Below are positions 57,894-64,000 of a stretch of DNA of 64,000 nucleotides, piece after piece. The notes under the pieces were generated by a model. The model did no database searches, had not been told where the DNA came from, and worked only from the letters and a program-made list of their open reading frames with translations. The position numbers and the translations under genes were made by a program. Each line of letters starts with the position of its first letter. Within the stretch, counting starts at the first letter, position 1. The stretch is from Bacteroidia bacterium (lineage in GTDB: Bacteria; Bacteroidota; Bacteroidia; UKL13-3): contig JALONP010000009.1 in the NCBI GenBank assembly GCA_025454875.1, forward strand, positions 65,696 through 129,695, written 5' to 3'.

Positions 57894-59022
57894 TTAAGCT
57901 TCTTAACCAATGGGCCAAGAACACATCATTTATCCGATAATAGGCTGTATTTACATTTTCATATATCAAACTAATATGCTCTTGTTCAATTAAACTTTTA
58001 ATAGCTCGGTTCACAGATGGCGCAGTACCTAAGTCATATTCTTTAATAAAAGATTTGGCATTGGGCGCGTATACTTTTCGTTCATGAGCAATGGCTTTCA
58101 TTACCTTCCACTGCAGGGGTGTTTGCATGGTTCGGTAGTTAAAATATACCATTTCGTATTGCTGAATAAGCGCATACAGTACATCTGAAACATGAGCAGG
58201 TTGAATGGAGCGAAGCTTACGTTTATACAAACCATTGCATAACATTTGCACATACCAAGTATGATTTTCTGAAAGTTCCATAATGGTGTCTAGGGCTTCG
58301 GTTGTTAGTTTTTGCTTGGCTGCGGCAAAGTGTTTTGTAATAAATTTCCGGTACAACTTCTCTTCAATTTCCTTTAACTCGAGCATGCTGGTACTTTGGT
58401 AAAATGGCCTTCGTGCATCACTAAAAATAGCTGCCAACATATCTTTTCGGCTTCCCGAAAAAATAAAATTAACATTATGTAAATGCTGAATATGTGTACG
58501 CAAAGTAGCTTCAATATTTTTCTCAGGAAATTGTGTTACCTGTTGAAACTCATCAATAGCCCATACATACTTTTTCTTTTGCCGCTTTAAGTAGGCAAAT
58601 ATATCATCAAGCGTACGTAGACCTTGTTTATGGGTAATCATTTCTACCGAAAGCTCTGGTGCTCCTGTAATAGAATCATAACTAATTACGGGCTTAACAG
58701 ATCGAAACACATCTCCAAGCCATTGCACCATTGTTTTGGGAGTAGTATCTTGTTGAAGCAAACTGCTTCCTAGCTTTAATGCAAGGTCTTTGGTGTTTTC
58801 ACAATTGAAAATATCGGTATAAATAAATTGAATATTGCGTTGTGCCAACTGATGGCCAACATGGTATAATAATCCTGTTTTCCCCATTCTGCGTAGCGCA
58901 AACAAGGTTACGTTGGTACCATTTGTAACAGATGATACTAAAGCTTTTGTTTCTTTTTCCCTATCGCAAAAGTAGGATGGAGATATATATCCTTTTACCA
59001 AAAACGGATTATCTGGTTTCAT
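57889..59022 (-). CDS. ATP-binding protein of the Arch_ATPase / DUF234 family.
   Basis: Walker A-like FALRRMGKTGLL near the N-terminus. 377 aa. The family is widespread as isolated genes in Bacteroidota. Confidence 0.55.
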   Translation of the reverse strand: MKPDNPFLVKGYISPSYFCDREKETKALVSSVTNGTNVTLFALRRMGKTGLLYHVGHQLAQRNIQFIYTDIFNCENTKDLALKLGSSLLQQDTTPKTMVQWLGDVFRSVKPVISYDSITGAPELSVEMITHKQGLRTLDDIFAYLKRQKKKYVWAIDEFQQVTQFPEKNIEATLRTHIQHLHNVNFIFSGSRKDMLAAIFSDARRPFYQSTSMLELKEIEEKLYRKFITKHFAAAKQKLTTEALDTIMELSENHTWYVQMLCNGLYKRKLRSIQPAHVSDVLYALIQQYEMVYFNYRTMQTPLQWKVMKAIAHERKVYAPNAKSFIKEYDLGTAPSVNRAIKSLIEQEHISLIYENVNTAYYRINDVFLAHWLRSLN

Positions 59023-59055
59023 GCCTCGAAAGTATTAAACATTTTGCGTTAAACA
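59023..59055 (+). repeat. 33-bp element ATTAAACATTtTGcgTTAAACAAAATGTTTAAT, upstream copy, plus an extra half-site ATGTTTAAT at 59061-59069.
   Basis: Seen directly. It sits just upstream of the ATPase gene start at 59022. Confidence 0.6.
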
Positions 59056-59075
59056 AAATGTTTAATACATAATGT

Positions 59076-60167
59076 TTAATTAGCAATATTAAGTAGGCAT
59101 TCGGCTTCGACAAGTTCTTTCCCGTTTACAACAATCGCAATAAGGTGCCGGCCAGCATAATGTTTCCGGGTGGTTAAGTTTACAAAAGTATGTTTGCGCT
59201 GAATAAATAGTTGTTCGCCTGCTTTAAGGTTGTAAGTTCCTATCTGAAAAATTTTACCTGACTGTTTTCCGTTGGCTTTTATAAAATAAACTTTGTATTC
59301 AACGCGCAATGGTGTTTGTTTTTTTTCATCATTTATAAGCGTGAATCCAAAATTCAGGCTTTGTCCAAGGGTAATTTGTTTATGACTTAGTTTAAATTGT
59401 TCAATACGGGCTTTTGCTTTGTGGTTCAGATTAAATGCGGCTAATGCTTGGGTATGGCCTTGTTTCAGCAGCCCTCTGCTAGCGTGCTTCACTATCCAAT
59501 CTGTTTCGGGCGAAGTTCCTTTCCATTTGTTTACAAGTGCAATTACCAAATCAGGATGGTCTTTTGAGATATCATTTAAACAATTAGCTACACTTTTACG
59601 AACGTATTCACTTGGGTCTTGTTTTAGTTGTTCCAGAATGGGAATCAAGGGTGTTGGATCTTTTTTAAACACAGGCAAAGCCATTGCCCATGGTAACCTT
59701 GGTCTCATTCCTTCACTTGCGAGTCTTCGTACATGGTGGTTCGAATCTTTGGCCCATTTGGCATGCTGTTTTAACATTCGTTTTTCATAGCCAACTAAAA
59801 ATGGTCTAACTGCAAACTCGCTGCTGCTGTATTGCGTAAAGAAGGCAAGCGCATCAATGGAAAGATCTGGTTCGTTTAACCCATATACCTCAACAAAATC
59901 AGGAAAGAATAAGGCCAAAAATCCTGAAAACTGTGGGGCTACTTTTTTTAGTATATCCAATTGTTTGCTGTAGTGTAATGGCAAAAATTGGTGAAGACAA
60001 TGGGTGATATGTCTTGATCTTGCTTTAAGTTCTTTGTGTTTCCACTCGGGATTGAATACAGCTTGCACAAAAGCAGCATGCTGAAACTTAGGGTATACTA
60101 AGTGGATTGCATGGGCAAGTTTTGAAACATATTCATGCGTGTATAAATCTTTAAGTGGTTGTGCCAT
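59076..60167 (-). CDS. DNA alkylation repair protein (AlkC/AlkD-like HEAT-repeat family) with an extra C-terminal domain.
   Basis: ...HHVRRLASEGMRPRLPWA... and ...EYVRKSVANCLNDISKDHPDLV...W... parallel the AlkD motifs (YVQKAVGWALRDYSKTNPQWV). Confidence 0.55.
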   Translation of the reverse strand: MAQPLKDLYTHEYVSKLAHAIHLVYPKFQHAAFVQAVFNPEWKHKELKARSRHITHCLHQFLPLHYSKQLDILKKVAPQFSGFLALFFPDFVEVYGLNEPDLSIDALAFFTQYSSSEFAVRPFLVGYEKRMLKQHAKWAKDSNHHVRRLASEGMRPRLPWAMALPVFKKDPTPLIPILEQLKQDPSEYVRKSVANCLNDISKDHPDLVIALVNKWKGTSPETDWIVKHASRGLLKQGHTQALAAFNLNHKAKARIEQFKLSHKQITLGQSLNFGFTLINDEKKQTPLRVEYKVYFIKANGKQSGKIFQIGTYNLKAGEQLFIQRKHTFVNLTTRKHYAGRHLIAIVVNGKELVEAECLLNIAN

Positions 60168-60577
60168 TAATCAATGCCTTCTTCTGCTCGTTTTTGGATT
60201 AAAAAGGCTTTTCCAAACGTGAGTTTTTTTGCTGTTGGTGATTGAGGGCTAATCATGCGCCAAAAGGGTGTTATTTTCTTTTTGCCTTGTTGGTATTCTT
60301 CATATGCTTTTTCAGCAACAATGCGTAAAAATATGCCACTTGTTACTGGGCAAGTATATTCTGAATGGTGCGCTGCAGCCAAGTCGTTACGCATTGTTTT
60401 GATATCAGCAGTTTTTCCTTTTGGAATCGATTTTATGTATGTATCTACAATTTGCGGTGTGGCAATAAGCATGCTTGCTCCTTCTGGAATATCAGCGAAT
60501 TTTTTATCTGTTCGCTTTACTTCAGGTGTTGTAACGGTTAGGTATTTTTCAGACCAAGTTTTTCGTGCCATAATCAA
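60167..60577 (-). CDS. Hypothetical protein (136 aa).
   Basis: ORF with an ATG start, co-oriented and abutting the alkylation-repair gene. No recognised motif. Confidence 0.4.
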   Translation of the reverse strand: MIMARKTWSEKYLTVTTPEVKRTDKKFADIPEGASMLIATPQIVDTYIKSIPKGKTADIKTMRNDLAAAHHSEYTCPVTSGIFLRIVAEKAYEEYQQGKKKITPFWRMISPQSPTAKKLTFGKAFLIQKRAEEGID

Positions 60578-60578
60578 T

Positions 60579-60614
60579 AAAAAAAGCCAACCAAATATAG
60601 GTTAGCTTTTTTTA
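60579..60614 (-). terminator. Hairpin terminator downstream of gpx (potentially bidirectional).
   Basis: AGCCAACC-N6-GGTTAGCT flanked by an A7 run on the 5' side and a T7 run on the 3' side, on the plus strand. Confidence 0.45.
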
Positions 60615-60634
60615 TTTTGAAATCTAGTACATGC

Positions 60635-61207
60635 TTATTTTTCTATCAGTGCAATAATCTGCTTATCAGTAGGCGACACTTGTGATGGAAAATACTCAAT
60701 GAGTTTTCCTTTTTCATCCACCAAAAATTTACCAAAATTCCAACGCACATTTACGTCTTTAACACCATTGTACTGTTTGTTGCAAAGCCATTTGTATACA
60801 TCGTGTTGGTTTTCGCCTTTCACGTCAATTTTTTCGGTGAGTGGAAAAGTAACACCATATCGTGCTTTGCAAAATTGACCTATTTGTTCGCTTGTGCCTG
60901 ACTCTTGTGAGCCAAACTGATTGCAAGGAAAACCAACTACAACAAGTTTATCTTTGTATTGAGTGGCCAACTGTTGCAGTTCTTCATATTGTGGTGTAAA
61001 ACCGCATGCAGAAGCTGTATTCACCAATAATACTTTTTTGCCCTTAAAGTCTTTAAACTGAATGGTGCTTTTGCCATCTAATGCAAGAATGCTGAGTTCG
61101 TGAAATGTTTTGGGTGGAGGGGTAGTATTGATATTTTGTTTGGTTACAAATGCAAATGCTGCAGTTAGTGCGCTGAATGCAAACACAACAATTAGTAATT
61201 TTTTCAT
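60635..61207 (-). CDS. gpx: Glutathione peroxidase (Cys-type), secreted/periplasmic.
   Basis: LLVNTASACGFTPQYEELQQL and VVGFPCNQFGSQE signature motifs. Signal peptide. Confidence 0.85.
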   Translation of the reverse strand: MKKLLIVVFAFSALTAAFAFVTKQNINTTPPPKTFHELSILALDGKSTIQFKDFKGKKVLLVNTASACGFTPQYEELQQLATQYKDKLVVVGFPCNQFGSQESGTSEQIGQFCKARYGVTFPLTEKIDVKGENQHDVYKWLCNKQYNGVKDVNVRWNFGKFLVDEKGKLIEYFPSQVSPTDKQIIALIEK

Positions 61208-61219
61208 GGGTAGGTTTTG

Positions 61220-62062
61220 TTAATAAGTTAAAATTGTATCTCGAATTTCTTCCATTTGCCATTGTGGGGTAGATGTTGCACCACAAATACCAACGGTATC
61301 ATTTTCTGCAAACCATTCTGGTTTTAATTCTTCTTTGCTGCTTACGAAGTAGGTGTTCGGATTTACATCTTTGCACACATCAAACAACACTTTTCCGTTT
61401 GAAGACTTTTTGCCTGAAACAAAAATGATTTTATCAAAACGCTGTGCATACGTTCGCAGCTGAATATCACGGTTAGATACTTGCCTGCAGAGCGTGTCGT
61501 TAAAATCAACTTCTATACCTTTTTCAATCAATTTGTCTTTTAGTGCGTATAAATTTTTTGTGCGTTTGGTGGTTTGGCTGTACAACTGAATTTTATTAGG
61601 AAGTTCAATATGTTCGAGTTCATCAAAGTTTTCAATCACAATCGCTTCACCGTTGGTTTGACCTTTTAAACCAATTACTTCAGCATGTCCGTGTTTACCA
61701 TAAATCATGATTTTTTCATCATCATTATATGCTTCACGCACCCTATTTTGAAGTTTAAGTACAACAGGACAGGAAGCATCAATTAACTCAATGTTTTGTT
61801 CAAGCGCTTTTTTATAGGTTTCGGGTGGTTCACCATGTGCTCTAATTAAAACTGTTTCGTTTGTAAGGGTATTAAAATCTTCATGTGTAATAATTTTAAG
61901 ACCCTTTTTACGTAGGCGTTCTACTTCTTCATCATTATGTACAATATCGCCAAGGCAATACAAATGGCCTTTTTCATCGAGTATATCTTCTGCCATTTGA
62001 ATGGCATATACTACGCCAAAACAAAAGCCTGAGTTATCATCTATTTCAACCTGAAGATTCAT
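61220..62062 (-). CDS. ispH: 4-hydroxy-3-methylbut-2-enyl diphosphate reductase.
   Basis: MNLQVEIDDNSGFCFGVVYAI... (conserved Cys), ...ASCPVVLKLQ..., ...TLCRQVSNRD.... ATG at 62062. Confidence 0.85.
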   Translation of the reverse strand: MNLQVEIDDNSGFCFGVVYAIQMAEDILDEKGHLYCLGDIVHNDEEVERLRKKGLKIITHEDFNTLTNETVLIRAHGEPPETYKKALEQNIELIDASCPVVLKLQNRVREAYNDDEKIMIYGKHGHAEVIGLKGQTNGEAIVIENFDELEHIELPNKIQLYSQTTKRTKNLYALKDKLIEKGIEVDFNDTLCRQVSNRDIQLRTYAQRFDKIIFVSGKKSSNGKVLFDVCKDVNPNTYFVSSKEELKPEWFAENDTVGICGATSTPQWQMEEIRDTILTY

Positions 62063-62167
62063 ATGTACAAATGTAAACCATTTTGCGTTCAATATGTTTG
62101 TAAGGTGGTGAGTAGTCTTATTTTTACGGTAAAATAAACAATAGAGCGGCTAATTTGCCCAACAACA

Positions 62168-62605
62168 ATGACAACCAACGAAACCGAATTTGAAAGTTAC
62201 ACTGGAGAGGCATCTTTGTCGCCAATTCCACTGAGCATAGGTTCGCCTGTGATAAGGCCTGAGGACAAGAATGCCATACGAGCCAATGCAGTGGAGGCCA
62301 TGCACCATTATGCCAACCAAGAAATTAGCATGCTTAAAAAACAAGCGGATTTGATTATGCAGCAAGTTCGTGAAATAGAAGGCAGGTTGCGAATATCCGA
62401 ACAAATTTACCAGTCAGATATGCGATTTACCCCAGTGGTGAACCAGGTATACCATTTGTACGAAAAGGATGACCACTTTGTGCTTTCTTTAATTGGCCCA
62501 ACGGAGTGGGGGCGCTCCGCAAACAGCAGAAAATATGTAGCCTCTGTTAAGCTCCTTGGTGACCACAGTTGGGATGTGCTTCCCATGAACCAACAAGCCA
62601 CCTAA
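62168..62605 (+). CDS. Hypothetical protein (145 aa).
   Basis: ORF with an ATG start in the divergent position from ispH. No recognised motif. Confidence 0.4.
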   Translation: MTTNETEFESYTGEASLSPIPLSIGSPVIRPEDKNAIRANAVEAMHHYANQEISMLKKQADLIMQQVREIEGRLRISEQIYQSDMRFTPVVNQVYHLYEKDDHFVLSLIGPTEWGRSANSRKYVASVKLLGDHSWDVLPMNQQAT

Positions 62606-63978
62606 TCACGAATCAGTGTTAAGGTGCCATGCCATTTTTGTACAGGTTGGCCGTATCGTTTAATAGAGAGTATATAATAGTACACCCCATCGCTCGCAGG
62701 TACGCCCTTGTCGTTTGTTCCATTCCAACAAGCAGTTGGGTTTTCGGTACTAAAGTACTTTGTTCCCCACCTGTTGTATATTTCGAGTTGGTATAAATTG
62801 CATGTTGCAGTTAGACCGGTAACCATAAAGCAGTCGTTTAGCCCGTCATTGTTAGGTGTAAACACATTCGGCACAACAATATCTTGTGTGGTATCTCCTT
62901 CAATGGTAACCGTTTGACTCACTGTATCTGCGCATTCAGAATCCTTATTTACCCATAAAGTAATTGTATAGACGCCACTTTTTTGATACGTATGGATTGG
63001 ATTTGTTTCGGTACTTGTATCGCCATCACCAAAATTCCACAGATAGGCATTTGGTATACTTGAGAAAGATTGTGATTCATTTACCAAACGAATATCCAAC
63101 GCACAACTGTCACGCAGCAATGTGAAAGCACCGGCACCGCTGATTGCAACCGTAAATGTTTGTTTGAGGCTATCTATTTTAGAACAGGTAAGGGAGTCAT
63201 ATACCATTAGCGTTAATGTGTAGCTGCCAGGAGAATCGAAAGTATCTGTATACGTGTTTTGCACAGAAACAAGCGTATTTTGAAGATACCATTCGTTTCG
63301 TGTTCCATTGGTACTTTGGTTTTGGGCTACCACTATTGAAGGCGCACAATTGCTTGATTGGTTGAATGCAAATGCCGGCTGTAACAGGTGACGCGAAATA
63401 TCAAATGGAACAAGCTGCTCACTGGTATCGGCACATGGAGATCCAGGGTTTGTTACCAAAGTAACAGTGAATGTGTCGTTGAAGGCATACTGATATACTG
63501 GAGCAGAATCGGTGGCAAAATTACCGTCTCCAAAATCCCAAAGTAATGCAGTTGGTTTTAAACTGGGTGCAGTTGGGGTGTATACAAATAGAATATTGGG
63601 CGAACAGGTATCTCGAATCCACGTAAATGCGCTGGGCGACTCAGGGAACAAACGAAGTGTTTGTGAAAGGGTGTCGAATAACTTGCAACTATTAGGGTTG
63701 GCAGCAACAAGGGTAAAAGTAACAACCGTATCAGCAGGGTAGGGCAGTTGTAATTGTGTATTGTTCGAGTCAAGTAAGATACCATTAGCAAACCAGTACC
63801 AACTGGTTGCTTGAATGGATTGGTTGGTAAGTGTAATTAACTGTGGCCCGCATCCGGTATCCGGACTTAACAAAAAGAATGCACTTAATGCAGCATCAGG
63901 AGTATCAACTGTGATAGGCTTACTTAGTTGGTATGCACAAGGTAAGCCTGGGTTGGCTGTTAATGTAACCATATACAC
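62602..63978 (-). CDS. Gliding-motility-associated C-terminal domain (T9SS type B sorting) protein with PKD/Ig-like repeats, apparently N-terminally truncated or frameshifted.
   Basis: C-terminal ...VVPNVFTPNNDGLNDCFMVTGL...YNRWG...DGVYYYIL... matches the CHU_C/type B CTD. Repeated ~85-aa modules. No signal peptide. An in-frame stop lies at 63988-63990, only 4 codons upstream of the GTG start. The rest of the gene may lie upstream in another frame or beyond the window. Confidence 0.55.
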   Translation of the reverse strand: MYMVTLTANPGLPCAYQLSKPITVDTPDAALSAFFLLSPDTGCGPQLITLTNQSIQATSWYWFANGILLDSNNTQLQLPYPADTVVTFTLVAANPNSCKLFDTLSQTLRLFPESPSAFTWIRDTCSPNILFVYTPTAPSLKPTALLWDFGDGNFATDSAPVYQYAFNDTFTVTLVTNPGSPCADTSEQLVPFDISRHLLQPAFAFNQSSNCAPSIVVAQNQSTNGTRNEWYLQNTLVSVQNTYTDTFDSPGSYTLTLMVYDSLTCSKIDSLKQTFTVAISGAGAFTLLRDSCALDIRLVNESQSFSSIPNAYLWNFGDGDTSTETNPIHTYQKSGVYTITLWVNKDSECADTVSQTVTIEGDTTQDIVVPNVFTPNNDGLNDCFMVTGLTATCNLYQLEIYNRWGTKYFSTENPTACWNGTNDKGVPASDGVYYYILSIKRYGQPVQKWHGTLTLIRD

Positions 63979-64000
63979 TCCCCCTGTATCATAATGAGCA

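Noticed and set aside
62150-62601. Minus-strand ORFs 62150-62404 and 62407-62601 overlapping the plus-strand 145-aa hypothetical gene.
   Set aside because: They are mutually overlapping short ORFs with no motifs. The plus-strand ORF has the better start context and length, and even that is low confidence.

Overview
This window is a 64 kb chromosomal segment from a Bacteroidota genome. The phylum call rests on SusC/SusD, a 2403-aa SprA, several T9SS C-terminal sorting domains, a 287-aa primary sigma factor and MORN-variant repeat proteins. It holds about 55 protein genes, one tRNA-Met(CAT), and no rRNA, CRISPR array or transposase.

Gene content by position:
- 1-7.1 kb, minus strand: a translationally coupled operon encoding a two-Ig-domain chaperone-like protein, two paralogous secreted subunit-like proteins, a 995-aa usher-like outer-membrane barrel and a secreted M1 peptidase. 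I read this as a candidate chaperone/usher-like surface-fibre system.
- 7.2-23.8 kb: housekeeping and accessory genes. These are a TPR protein, a ComA-like phosphosulfolactate synthase, a UPF0175/DUF3368 toxin-antitoxin pair, GatB/YqeY, a LOG-family protein, maeB, pnuC, two tandem rhomboids, rpoD, phnA, feoAB, a GT2 glycosyltransferase and a HAD hydrolase.
- 23.8-25.1 kb: tRNA-Met followed by a repeat-rich islet. It contains a degenerate duplicate of the tRNA 3' half plus its terminator, with an 18-bp perfect palindrome inserted at the anticodon-loop position. A second 49-bp direct repeat pair flanks an AT-richer orphan ORF (24395-24997) of unknown function. No integrase is present.
- 25.2-33.0 kb: sprA (T9SS translocon) and ruvA.
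- 33.4-55.8 kb: a starch/maltodextrin utilization locus. It has SusC/SusD, four GH13 enzymes, GH65 maltose phosphorylase with beta-phosphoglucomutase and a BadF-type kinase, and an MFS transporter. A GH13 enzyme and a protein with three tandem CBM20-like modules carry T9SS C-terminal sorting domains instead of lipoprotein signals. A divergently encoded Nudix-related, NrtR-like regulator with palindromic candidate operators sits at the far end.
- 55.9-64 kb: a thioredoxin-like protein, a cytochrome b5-like protein, asd, an Arch_ATPase-family gene flanked by 33-bp direct repeats built around a palindrome, an AlkD-like DNA alkylation-repair protein, gpx, ispH, and a truncated gliding-motility C-terminal-domain (T9SS type B) adhesin-like ORF.

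All functional calls rest on motif recognition by eye, not on database searches.
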